64,000 bases of DNA. Origin: Octopus sinensis. Lineage: Eukaryota. The notes beneath the pieces are model-generated. The model was not told the origin of the DNA. It did no database searches and worked only from the letters and a program-made list of their open reading frames with translations. The stretch lies in contig NC_043011.1 of NCBI RefSeq assembly GCF_006345805.1, forward strand, positions 24,998,464 through 25,062,463. Reading direction: 5' to 3'. This document shows positions 1-12,572 of this stretch, piece after piece. Positions within the stretch are counted from its first letter, which is position 1; each line of letters opens with the position of its first letter. The position numbers and the translations under genes are program-made.

Positions 1-830
1 AGAGAAGTGAAAAGAGACAGAGAAAGAGGTAAGAGTATGGTGAGAAAGAGAGATAAGGATTGTGCGTGTGAGAGAAAGAAAGTGACAGAAGAATGTGTGT
101 GAGAGAGAGTGAGAGAGAAAACATCAAACAAGAGAGAGAGTAATGTGTTCCTTTATTTAACTCATACAGTCTGACATTATAAAAGGGTTTACCTGTCAAT
201 AAACAACAGAAAAAGTATATACGAGCAAGTAATTGATTTTAATACAGGCAACCCAGAGGACAATTTCATGAAGTGGTCAGTCGTTGCTGCAAGGAGTCTG
301 AGACTTTCAATAGGTTAGCAGATATGTTAGTTATAACTTACAATTAATGGAAGTTATAACTAACATATTGTATTGTTCCCACAAATATAAATCCTGCCAC
401 CTTGCTACTGGATTTCATTGAAAATTTTAGAGACGGCTACATATTTAGTGACACAAACAATAATGGAAATGAATGGCAAGATTTTACATAGAGCAAAGAT
501 GTACTTGTTGTACACTTCTGAATTCAAACACAGTCAAATTACTAAAACAAACAGAGAAATCTTATAAATAGTTAAACCATGAATCCTAATCTGTTGACTG
601 ACTTAACTAGCATATAGCCCACTGGACAGCTTTTTGAGAGGGTCCACTCTGTTGTAAGAATTCAGATCAGATACTGATTTGATATGATGATATGGTGCTT
701 CTTAATATAGCGATCTCTTGAGTTATGACTTACTTATTTCCCCCCAACTCCATCAGTCTCAGAGTCACTATACACATCATGGGTACTATCCTTCAACCTA
801 TGACTAAATCATAAGAATAAGAGAAAAAAA

Positions 831-1240
831 GGACCCTTTCAGTTTGAACGGTAGTTTTTTAAAATAATTTCCACATAACTAAATACTTTTAAACTTTGTA
901 TACTGGTAGAATGTGTTTACAAAACATCTTTTTCTCCTGGCTTTATTGAGAAAATTCTATAGTTTGTAAGATATTTGTTGTTGTTTTTCTTCAATTTCTG
1001 CAATTTCAACCAATCAACGACGTCTATTGAGGTGAAAACATTTTGTGCCGTATGAATATGTCCCTCGTTTAAGAAACAGATTGGGTTTATTTACATTTCT
1101 GAAGAAAAAAGATACCCTTCCCCCTAACCCTAACCCTAAAACAAATTGAAATGCAATAGATCGATACAAGGGTCATAATTATGGGTGACAATTTCATATG
1201 ACACCGCTAAAAAAAACTGCCGTTCAAACCGAAAAGATCC
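831..1240. mobile_element. MITE with ~30-bp GG-starting TIRs and 9-bp TSD (Merlin- or MULE-like)
   Basis: GGACCCTTTCAGTTTGAACGGTAGTTTTTT and AAAAAACTGCCGTTCAAACCGAAAAGATCC. Flanks agaaaaaaa / agaaaaaat. Internal (CCCTAA)3 at 1122-1139. Confidence 0.72.
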
Positions 1241-1616
1241 AGAAAAAATATCTAATGGTAGGGGATTATCAAAGAGTTATCTAACCTGATTTATCTTGCA
1301 AAGCTATTCCCATTATATCCTTGGCTAATTTAATCACACATCCAAGTTTTTTCCAAAAAATGTTCATTATCAGTCATCATAAACCTTTAGTATTTCCAGA
1401 TATTCCTTTATTCTTTTACATGTTTCAGTCATCTGACTGCAGATATGCTGGAGCACTACCTTAAAGGGTTTTAGTTGGTAAACCTAGTAGTTATTCTATT
1501 AGTCTCTTTTGCCAAGCTGCTAAGTTATGGGAACATAAACGCACCAATATCGGTTGTCAAGTGATGGTGGGGGAGACAAAGACAGACAGACACACATATA
1601 TGTGCATTTATATATG

Positions 1617-2287
1617 TTAGGTTATCCCATAAATAATGTGGTTTTTTCAATTGCATGAACGAAAAGTCGGAAGAGGACAGAATAAACTACCTGCATCAAC
1701 TTGCTATAAAAGCTGGAAGTATTTTTACCTTGTTCTTATTCTGAGTGCAAGTTTTGAAGAGAGCAGTTTGATTTTAACAGTTATCTTTTCAAAGCTATAA
1801 TTGAAGTGACAAAGGAGCATATTCAGCATATTTTGCTTTATGAGTTCAATAAAGGCAACAACGCAATGGTAAGTGTGTGAGGGATATTAATGAAGTATAT
1901 GGGGATCGGACAATAAGAGTAAGCCAGTGTCAATGGTGGTTCTAGAAATTCCAAGCTGGAAACTACAGCCTAGAAACTGAGCCTTATCCTGGAAGATCTG
2001 TAGAGTTCGACAAGGATGTCCTGCATACCCTGGTAGAACAAAATCCCATCGTAAGTGATGAGCAACTAGCAGAGAAGCTTGAATTTGGTCATTCAACCAT
2101 TCATCGACACCTGTGTGCCATTGGAAAAATCAGCAAATTAGGTCAATGGGTTCCTCACAAATTTTCCCAGTCTAATCATGTGCAGAGAGTGAATGTGTGC
2201 TCTTCTTTGCTGTCATATCTCACAAATGAACCTTTTTTGGACTGAATAGTGACTGCTGATGAGAAATGGGTTCTCTAGGAAAATGTC
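1617..2287 (+). mobile_element. 3'-truncated mariner element with degraded transposase (about 1801-2287)
   Basis: Mariner-type left TIR TTAGGTTATCCCATAAATAATG. Translation EVTKEHIQHILLYEFNKG...WF*KF...GQWVPHKFS...IVTADEKWV (WVPHEL motif and first catalytic D). Contains stops. Confidence 0.88.
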
Positions 2288-2617
2288 TAGTTGTAGTGTG
2301 ACCTAGTTCCTCTGAACTACAACTAGCCATTGTCCACTGTGGTTGTAGTTTAACCTCAAGCTATTTTTAGAAAGGAATCCAAAAGATACACATGCTGGCA
2401 AACACAAACACATGCTGCTCTCTCAGTCTATAAGCAACTCTCCATCCATTAGGATATGAACGAATATTTGTCAGTTTTTCCCCTGAAGAGATTTTTACCT
2501 TTTAAATGCATAATGCAATCTTAATTGCAAAATATGAATGAAGGTAAGAAATTGACTACTATATATATATAAATTGATTTTTTTCTGTGTTCAAACTCTC
2601 CATTTTTCTTAATTAAT

Positions 2618-2649
<32 letters not shown>

Positions 2650-2651
<2 letters not shown>

Positions 2652-2820
2652 CACAGGAGTGGCTGTGTGGTAAGTAGCTTGCTAACCAACTACATGGTTC
2701 GGGTTCAGTCCCACTGCGTGGCATCTTGGGCGAGTGTCTTCTGCTATGCCCGGGCCGACCAATGCCTTGTGAGTGGATTTGGTAGACGGAACTGAAAGAA
2801 GCCTGTCGTATATATGTATG

Positions 2821-2865
<45 letters not shown>

Positions 2866-3084
2866 ATATATGTATGTTGTGTGTCTGTGTTTGTCCCCTA
2901 GCATTGCTTGACAACTGATGCTGGTGTGTTTACGTCCCTGTCACGTAGCGGTTCGGCAAAAGAGACCGACAGAATAAGTACTGGGCTACAAAGAATAAGT
3001 CCCAGGTCAATTTGCTCGACTAAAGGCGGTGCTCCAGCATGGCCGCAGTCAAATGACTGAAACAAGTAAAAGAGTAAAAGAGTA
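2650..3084 (+). mobile_element. Octopus tRNA-derived SINE family A (GGCACAGGAGTGGCTGTGTGGTAAG... tail AAAGAGTA), young full copy. Other + copies: 4535-4879, 5261-5678, 5794-6175, 7004-7372, 19960-20280, 24585-24965, 25030-25440, 45190-45480, 55072-55526
   Basis: tRNA-like A/B box head, internal TA/TG microsatellite, tandem AAAAGAGT tail, high similarity among copies. Naming it (OR1/OK-like) needs Dfam/Repbase. Confidence 0.85.
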
Positions 3085-3844
3085 TATATATACGATGGAC
3101 TTCTTTCAGTTTCTTTCTATCAAATCCACTCACCAGGCTTTGGTAGGCTCAAGTCTATAGTAGAAGATACTTGCCCAAGTTTCCATGCAGTGACACTGAA
3201 CCCAGAGCCATGTGGCTGGGAAGCTAGCTCCTTACCATACAGCCACACCTGTGCCTACATGTGGATCGTTTTCAGATAAATGTTTTTTATGCATGATTGT
3301 ACTGTCCATTTTTGTGGTCATGGTCAGAGACATCTAAGTAGTAGTAGTTGCTGCTGTTGTTGTAGTCTCATTTCAGTCCCTATTGAGCTCACCTATGATT
3401 AAAGACATTCCATTACATCAGTTATTTGTATACCTTTGTCCAATGTATACATTTTTAAGATAGCAGGTGTGATTCCATAGAGAGTTGGCTGGTATTTCTA
3501 GTCATTTGGACCAAGTAGAGTTTCCCTTGGTTGCTCCTGCAAGTAGTTTGTATGACAATCATGAAGATATTTCACTTATTCAAGCAATCTTAATTGCATT
3601 TGATTCTTTCCATTCCTTCAGTATCCTTTGAAGACAGACGATTGACACACTCACCATAAAAGAAAGCATGGACAACACATATACACACATACAAACATCC
3701 ACCCACCCACACATACACACACAGGTACACAAATACTTCCACGTTTATGAATTGGAATAGACTGAAATAGTAAACTCTTTCTCCAGGTTTCTAACACAGT
3801 ATCATCCTATTGTTTTCTTTAATCTCTTTACCTCAATTTGAATA

Positions 3845-3888
<44 letters not shown>

Positions 3889-6454
3889 ACACACACTGGT
3901 GTTCACTGTTTCTTGATAAATTAGCAAATATTGTAAAGCCAAATATCTCCTTCTTCTCCTCCATCAAAACATTCACATGTAGTAGTTTCCATCAAAGTGA
4001 TCATAACATAATTTAACCCATGTAGGAAACCTATCTGAGAGTAATTCCTTGTGGGTAGTAACTCTTTCTTTTTCCTTCTTGCAGGGAGGAGTAACCAGTC
4101 TAGTCTTAACAAATGTTCTATCAATAGCAACCTCATTTTCACTGCTGTTGTGTCAACATTTTCATTTTGGCCCAGATATTTTAGTAATATCTTCCCTACC
4201 AAGTAAGGCTCCACCAACACCATCATCTCTTACTTTTTCAGCTTCATTAGCTTTTTTTTTTTGTTGATATATTTGAAACATGACACTTAGCTTACAATAC
4301 GGTTTTTGTGTAAATCACAAAGTACCAAATATATGACATTTGATAATAACTAAGCTGTATCCATGTGAAAAATCTAAGTACTATAATCACTGATTGAATG
4401 ATTAATCAAATACTTAAAAATAATTAAGACATATATTTTTCAATAAACTTAATGAATGGCCTACCTGGATACAGTGACAAATTTTAGAAGCTATAATGAC
4501 TGCTACCTTATATTTTTGGATGATTTTTCTTCTAGAAGTAGGTGTGGATGTGCAGTAAGAAGACTGCTTCCCAACCACATGCTTTCAGGTTCAATCCCAC
4601 TGCATGGCCCTTTGGGTGTCTTCTACTATAGCCTCAGGTTGATCAAAACCTTGTGAGTGGATTTGGTAGATGGAAACTAAAAGAAGCCCATCATACATAT
4701 GTGTGACAAGTGTTGCTCTATTAACACCTCTATAACTTAGCAGTTCAGCAAAATAGATCAATAGAAGTACTAGACTTTAAAAAATATAAGTACTGGGGTC
4801 AAATCCATCGATTACAAACTCAAGGTTGTGCCCCAGAATGGCTGCAGTCTACAGACTAAAACAAGTAAAAAATAAAAGACACAAGGAGCTCATGAACATT
4901 AGTTGAAGCAAAAAGACTATGTTCTCAAAATTAACAGGTTTCTAATTTCAACCCAGCTAATTTGTTGTATTCCCAAGCAGATATGCAGGTATAACTTTAG
5001 AATAGTTATCAGTGAATCTGAGATCAATGGACACAGAATTTTTTCTTTTCAAGAGAAAATTAAAATATTAGTTCTTTGGATAAATTTGTGGGGCAGCAGA
5101 ATAGAGAAAAATAGTCATTTACTAATATTTAATCCTTTTGTTACCATATTTATTTTGAGATGCCCTGTGTTTCTTTCAATTAATTTTAAATATACCAAAA
5201 AATTTAGTAAAATAACTTAGTTATCATTAAGTTGATGTTAGGAACATAAATTATGACTAAGGCATAGGAGTGGCTGTGTGGTAAGTAGCTTGCTTACCAA
5301 CCACATGGTTCCGGGTTCAGTCCCACTGCGTGGCACTTGGGCATGTGTCTTCTACTATAGCCTCAGGCTGACCAAAGCCTTGTGAGTGGATTTGGTAGAT
5401 GGAAACTGAAAGAAGCCTATCATATATATGTATATATGTATGCGTGTGTGTATATGTTTGTGTGTATGTGTTTGTCCCCCTAACATCGCTTGACAACCGA
5501 TGCTGGTGTGTTTACATCCCCATAACTTAGCGGTTTGGCAAAAGAGACCAATAGAATAAGTACTAGGCTTACAAAAGAATAAGTCCTGGAGTCGATTTGC
5601 TTGACCCCAACATGTTCTCAAAATTATCACTTGCTCCAACATGGCCACAGTCAAATGACTGAAACAAGTAAAAGAGTAAGATTTAGTGGAAGATTTTAAT
5701 TGAAAACTTATGAAAACAAGACATTTGTACTACAGAGCCAGAGTCAGTTTCAGCTGGGTTGGTATTGAAAGGGTTAAAACAATATCTACAATTGCAGATG
5801 TAGCTGTGTGGTAAGCAGTTTGCTTCACAAGCACATGGCTTTAGGTTCAGTCCCACTGTGTGGCACCTTGGCCAGGTGTTTTCCAAGTTTAGTTGCAGGC
5901 CAACCAAAGGCTCGTGAATGAATTTGGTAGATGAAAACTGAAAGAAGCCCATTGTATGGATGTATGCAATATATTGTATGTGTGAGTGTATATATATGTG
6001 TGTGTGTATGTGTGCCTTTGCATTTGCTTTCCACCACTGCTCAACAAACAATGATCGACCAGCAGAATAAGTTCCAGGCTTTAAAAAATAAGTATTGGGT
6101 TGATTCATTCAATAAAACCCCTTCATGGCAGTGTCCTAGAATGGCTGCAGTCCAATGACTGACACAAGTAAAAGGTAAGTGACTTGTGTAAGTTGCTTGT
6201 ATTACAGTTGGTATTAGCTTATAATAATAATAGTCCTAATTTTTTCTGCTAAAGGCACAAGGCCAGAAATTTTGGGGGAGGGGACTAGTCGATTACATCG
6301 AACCCAGTGTTTCACTGGTACTTGATTTCTTGACCCCAAAAGGAGGAAAGGCAAAGCTGACCTCGACGGAATTTGAACTCAGAACATAGTGACAGACGAA
6401 ATGCTGCTTAGTATTTTGCATGGTGTGCTAATAATTCTGCCAGCAATAATAATA

Positions 6455-6486
<32 letters not shown>

Positions 6487-9400
6487 GGCAGTTTCAAACT
6501 TTAGCACAAGGCCAGTAATTCTAGGGGTTAGTTAAATACATCAACCCCAGTATTCAATTGGTATTTTTTTTATCAATCCTCAAATGGATGAAAGGATAAT
6601 GGTTTCAAATTTTGCTGCAAAGCCAGTGATTTTAATAGGAAAGGGTAAGTCATTTACATCAAGCCCAATACTCAACAGATGCTTATTTGAACTCTAAACA
6701 TTTTGTCTAACATGCCAATAATTCTGCCAGCTCGCTGCCATAATGATGATGATGACTTTAATCCATATTATAATAGAAAAAATGGTGTACTAATTAGTTT
6801 GTATTAATTAACTTTTATTAAAAGAAAGCAAAGTCAACATTATCTAGAAAATTTTTATAAATTCCAAATCCTTCCATGCATTGTCTCAACATTTGTTTTC
6901 AGCTCTTTTCCTTCACAATGCATTTTTTTGACCGTTACTTTTTATCAATACAATTCTTAGCACAGTTTGTCCAGGTTCAGTGATATAATCATATACAGAC
7001 ACACACATAGTTGTGTAATTAAGAATTTCACTTTGCAAATTACATGGTTTCTGTTTCAATCACACTGCATGGCACCTTGAGCAAGTGTCTTCACCAAAAG
7101 CTTCAGGCTAACCAATACCTTGTGAGAGAATTTAGTAGACGGATAATGTGTGGAAACCTGTTATGCGTGTGTATTTGCCCCTCCCCACGTCTTGACAACC
7201 AATGTTAGTTTGTTTACTTCCCTGTAAATCAGCAGTTCAGTAATACAGTCCTATAGAATAAGTAGTACTAAACTTTTTTAAAAATAAGTACTGTTGTTGA
7301 TTTGTTCAACTAAAATCCTTCCAAGCATTGACTCAACATGACTGCAGTCCAATGACTAAAACAAGTAAAAGATTTAAATTATAGATGCAAGTCTAGTTCT
7401 GCTGCCCAGAGCCAGGCTTACATTTTATGAAAGCAGTGCCTCAACAAAGCAACAACTCAATGGCTGAAATAATAAAAGGGGACATAAAGGGTACATTTTG
7501 TCTATTGAAACTTTCCCCTTTTAGCATTCAGATTACTCAGTCAAATGTAATATTTATTTATTCACATTGTTTTGAATTTATCACATATTATCCTGTAGCT
7601 TTGAGATATCGATAATGTGATTGCTTAATTTTTTAATGATATTGTAGGATAGGTGTGAGAGGCCAGATTTGGCCTGTTTAAATGTTAAAGGGTTAAAGCA
7701 CTACATTTGTGATGTATTATCAGTAGATATTTTCTATCTTTCTACTTAACCACATAATTCTTTCTAATTCTGGCACAATTTTGATGGGGAGGAGCAGTCA
7801 ATTACACTGACCCCAGCATTTGCCTCGTACCTTATTTAACTGACCCTAAAAAGCAAAAGGTAAAGTTGACCTCAGAACATAAAAATTTAGAAGAAATACC
7901 ACTAATACTTAATCACAAAATGCAAAAAAAAAAAAAAAAGAAGAAAAGACTAACTTAAATCAAATAACGTCAGACATAATTCTGCTGTGAGTGACAACAA
8001 GGATTCAGAATGCAAAAAATACAGCACGGACCAATCTAAAATATGGAAATCAAGTAACAGCAGGAGAAAAAGTATGGAGCAGGTCTCCAAAATCTTTTTC
8101 AAGTCAGAATGCTACAACTTTTTCTTGACAAGCTTTATTTTGGTGTGTCTATTAGAGCCAATGATGTGAGGTAGTCAATTCACATGTTGAGACACACTGT
8201 TTCTTGTCTTTTATAGTCACTTAATTCTATGAGGATTGTTCAATAGTAAGCACTGGGGATAATCAGTAAATCTTAAACTTTAATGCATATAAACTTACAA
8301 GAAACAGCTGGAAATATTGTTTACAAGGAAACAAATTACATTAAACATTTCTTATATAACATCTAATATCATTCACATTAAAATCTTAGTTACCAAATTT
8401 ACCAGCATATAAGATGCATTCTTGCATGAGATACACTATATTTTACAAATATATTTGGTGTGGGGGGGATGAAAAGAGCAGATTTTAGTGTTTCATTATA
8501 CACTTACTGAAAGATATTTTTGTAGGGGCAATGTATGACTCTGTGCATGCAAGTACAAAGTTGTGGAAATATACCGGAATAAAGTATGAAACCATAAACT
8601 TATAAATAAATAATGTTATGCAAGTACCGTGTCACCATTTCATATTCTTTCAAATTAGCCATACAGTTGTTTATACCTTGGTCAAGAGAACTGTCATATT
8701 AGATGCAAAACTTGTATTTTTGGCTGTGATGTTTTGTGTTCCTAGCGACTGACCATCAGAGTGGTGCACCACAACTATGGTTTTGTGTCATCCACTCATT
8801 GTGAATAACTGGCAGGAAGGTGAAAGTTTAACATTCCTTTCATCTTCCTTGCAATGTTTTCATTTATATAATTAAAAAATGTTTCCTGAAGGTAACACAC
8901 TTATTAAATAATGTAAGACATAAACCAGATGTGGTTTATGTATGCTAGGGAAGGTAGTGCAATGAGATGGTATTACCTCCCCATGTAACTCCCAACATAC
9001 CATAAGCAATTTTTTCTAAGATTATAGTAACAGAATGTGATATTTTGGTTTGTCTTCAATATTTTATAATTAGTAACAATTAATGTACCTAACAGACATA
9101 CACTCATCCAGCTTCCAAGCCTACAATACTCAGTCTCCTATGCATAATGTAGTGCATTAAATGCAGAGCAATTCTCTGATATACTTAAAAATGTAATTAA
9201 AAAAAAAGCAGATATACACCTGCAAATATGGTAATTCCTTACATTATAAGCAAAGGTCTTATATATTGCATTACAATTTTTCCACTGGAAGCTCTATCAG
9301 TTTCTGAAAGCAGTAAGTGTAGAAGAAGCTTCCTTAGGACAAAATACCAGTCTGCCACAGGTAATTTCTCAGAAAGTCTGCTAACTTTTCCCAAGAACTA

Positions 9401-10151
9401 TGGTGTATACACTATGGATTTGAACTACTCCAAATTAGTAGTCTAATACAACATGTATTTTCTCACTTTCTACTCTAACATTGATTGGTTATTCTTACAT
9501 ATAAGACTACTTCATTGTTTTATGTGTTTTAATGAGTATATATTTATCATTCCTTGGGTTCCGGAGCAGGAGGTAACTGATAGTGAAAAGTGGGGAAGAA
9601 CTATGTGCTGATTCTATTCACAAATTATAACAGCAGCTGGGTAGTGCCATAGTTAGAAGAGTGATGAGTGTTAGGAAGATGAAATGTGGAGGAATGCTTG
9701 ACAGGGGTTTGCGGGGTTTGATATATTTTGTACCTAAAAATTCCTTAACTGTTAAATCTCTGTCATGGTACTATCCAAACAGCATCCTAATTATCAAAAC
9801 AAATAATTCAAAGGATCTGAACTAGTTTCTTATTTGAACAAGGTGAACAGATTTGCAAATTCAGCTGGGAAATTCATGAGGATATTGTTGTTCTATAATT
9901 TTCCTTACGCTCCCCAAGCATTAAGTTAGACCACTGAATCATTTTTTATTGTTTAGTAGCATACACTCTTTTCTAATGTATAGCACCTTGAGGAAGGAGG
10001 CAGAGAAAGATGAGTAGGGTTTCTGTCATCTTTTCCATTTAGACATGAAACCTAAAATCTGTAGGATTTAGGTAAATAGCAGGTAACTAACAGTTCTTTC
10101 TTTCAGCAATAATCAAAATCAAATCAACAATCACCAGTCAATATATATCTC

Positions 10152-10691
10152 TTGCAAATTATATCTTCTCATAATAACAAACTGTTAAATATTAATACAT
10201 TTACTAATACTAACATTAATTTAGCTACTACCATCCAACCATCTAGAAATATTAATAACAAGGTTATTGTATCTGAAGTCAATCCCAATAGAATTAAATT
10301 TATGTCAAGTAACTCTAAGATTAAAAATTCTATATACCAGTGTATAATCAGTACTCGTAATAAAGTACAATTTTACATTGGAAGCACATCGTTAGAGTTA
10401 TCTAAGAGAATTTCTATCCATTACTCAACATTTAGGGATAGAAATAAACGGAATAGTACCGGTCTCAGCAAACTGATTTGGAATTTAAAAGACCACAATG
10501 AACAATTTCATTTGGAATGGTTGATCCTCTCAATTTCGATACCATATGACAAAGGCAAGAAATTCTGTCTTCTCTGCAATTCTGAGCTATTTTTCATTAT
10601 TTTTTCTAAAAATACTCTAGTAAACACGGTTATAGAACGAGCATACAGATGTAAGCATTGGCAAAAACATACTTTTAGTGCATATAAGTAG
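10152..10691 (+). CDS. GIY-YIG endonuclease of Penelope-like element (179 aa from TTG; 129 aa from ATG at 10302)
   Basis: SIYQC...FYIGST...KRISIH...TGLSKLIWNLK...EWLIL...CLLCNSE...LVN...CKH. The Y, YIG, R, H, E and N catalytic-type residues are all present with no internal stop. Confidence 0.85.
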   Translation: MQIISSHNNKLLNINTFTNTNINLATTIQPSRNINNKVIVSEVNPNRIKFMSSNSKIKNSIYQCIISTRNKVQFYIGSTSLELSKRISIHYSTFRDRNKRNSTGLSKLIWNLKDHNEQFHLEWLILSISIPYDKGKKFCLLCNSELFFIIFSKNTLVNTVIERAYRCKHWQKHTFSAYK

Positions 10692-10883
10692 TCTCTATCA
10701 TTATATATAGTTTAGACTTTAATTTCCTTTATATTTAACATTCACTATTAAATCCCTACTCTTTCTGTTAGCTACTTATGACGTTATATCATATAACGTT
10801 TTTTTAAACAATATTAATAGCGTTCTGTCTATCGCTATACGAATCCATCATTTTTTGCTAAAATGTCGTATTGACAAGTTTCG

Positions 10884-10982
10884 TTTTTTCCCTTTCCCGA
10901 AGAGAAGATTGCATTGTTTATACCTTTTATTCTTTTGAATAAGTATCAGTGGAATTTTTGAAACATATGTAGAAAGAAAAAA
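10884..10982 (+). ncRNA. Type I minimal hammerhead ribozyme (PLE-associated), core CCGAAGA...GAAA, cleavage triplet GUA
   Basis: Stem I: CTTTC 10892-96 with GAAAG 10972-76, plus T6/A6. Core 10897-10903. Long stem II 10904-10959. GAAA 10960-63. Palindromic stem III ACATATGT. A17 is 10971. Confidence 0.75.
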
Positions 10983-11019
10983 TACTTGTTTAAACCTGCG
11001 TTAACTCCATTTTTTATTC

Positions 11020-11053
<34 letters not shown>

Positions 11054-11669
11054 TGAATCAAAGATTTATTTCTGTCCAAGTTATCAAAGATTATTACTAA
11101 CTCATCCACTTCATACATTACATTCTCATTACTCGCAGTCTTCAACAAAAGACTTACTGCTTTGAAAGAGAATTTATTAGAAGAAAGATTAAAATATTTA
11201 AATTTTATTTCATCCCAACAAAAAATTTTATTTTAATGTGCTGAGGACGGATGAAGGAGAGTAGATTAGGAGAGTGTCATAAATTAATATGAAAGTAAAA
11301 GTAGACCATTAAAGACATCAACAAAGATGATGGAGGATGAAATGAGGGTAAGAGTGTGAGGGAGGAGAGATGTAGAGGGAAGGGGAAAATGGAAAAGACT
11401 GTCATGGAGCCTGCAACCCTACCTTCAGCAAAGAAAATAGCCTTGAAATACTTGTATGAAGTATCACAATTTTCTCTCTCAAATATAACACTTGATATGT
11501 AAGTCATATAAATAATTTAATTTAAAATAAATGTAATCAATATATCTCATGCTCTCATACAATTCTTAATTCATTCCTACACTATATATATTTTTAATGC
11601 TTCCCCATTTTCTACTGTGAAGCAAAACCAAATGCTGATACCTACTTCATCAAACCTTACCATTATTAA

Positions 11670-11889
11670 CCCTTTAGCATTCACATTCTGTCAAATGTAA
11701 TGTCTATTGATTCACATTGTTTTGAATTAATCATGCATTAATTCATAACTTCGAGATTTTAATGATGTGATTGTTTATTTTTAGAATGACATTGGAGGAT
11801 AGATATGAGAGGCTATATGATCTAGCCTGTTTGAACATAAAAGAGATGGAATATATGAGTCGGACATGGCTGGTCTAAATGTTAAAGGG
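11670..11889 (+). mobile_element. piggyBac-like MITE family 1 (TTAA|CCCTTTAGCATT...AATGCTAAAGGG|TTAA). Other copies: 7516-7692, 16584-16743, 17863-18087, 41359-41559, 54718-54937, 55023-55675, 60120-60322, 63875-64000
   Basis: TTAA TSD and CCC/GGG termini. Conserved ~220-bp internal sequence in both orientations. Confidence 0.8.
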
Positions 11890-12541
11890 TTAAAGATACA
11901 AATTTAGTTCCAGACATCCATTCAGTAGATCTTAAGACAATTATTTAAAATATTCGAGAAATTCATGAATTTAGCAGCAATAATTACTACCAAATCTTCA
12001 GACAGAGCTGACTTAGTATTTCTAAATTATTGCAACCAACAATAATATTTAGATGAATTCTATAAACAAAATTAATTAGCATAAAAATATTGAAGTCATT
12101 CTTCCACACTATCATGGCTTGATTTGATTGGAATTTTTCATCAATAATACATTTTACCATGTAGAAAATTGTATTAGTTTTCGGAAAATGCTTTAAAGCA
12201 TAATTATTATACACTTTGCATAAAGCTAGATTGGTATTTAAAGTAAAAGAAAAACAGAATTCACTAAATTAAAGTGACTTATGTATGGCTTTGTATTAAT
12301 TTCAGCACTTCAGTCATTCAGTCAATTCATTCTTTGCAAATGTAAACAACAGATCGTATAACAACTAATTTTTGTTTAAAATTTTAAATAAAGTTATGAA
12401 GAGGTTTTAGATTTTTTTTAATAACTTTTATTGCAACAAAAGAAATAATAAATTAATTTTAAAATATATGAAATAAAAATATAACATATAAAATGGATAA
12501 AACTAAAACATTTATTTCAAATTAATTTCAAATAAGAAAAA

Positions 12542-12572
<31 letters not shown>

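Larger units (their letters stand above)
10107..11020 (+). mobile_element. 5'-truncated Penelope-like retroelement (Neptune-type), 3' end: GIY-YIG ORF plus pLTR with hammerhead
   Basis: Contains QIISSHNNKLL (post-RT motif), the GIY-YIG domain and a hammerhead motif, and ends in a (TA)n tract at 11021-11048. Confidence 0.85.

Noticed and set aside
734-797. Minus-strand exon-like segment (tcatag| ... |gtaagt) reading LKDSTHDVYSDSETDGVGGK
   Set aside because: The only open frame ends in TAA exactly at the donor, and there is no SZT2 similarity.
2650-2730. tRNA-like sequences at SINE heads
   Set aside because: A/B boxes are present but no complete cloverleaf; they are SINE promoters, not tRNA genes.
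4085-4202. Plus-strand exon-like segment (ttcttgcag| ... |gtaagg) and overlapping ORFs 3921-4267
   Set aside because: No recognisable protein and no partner exons.
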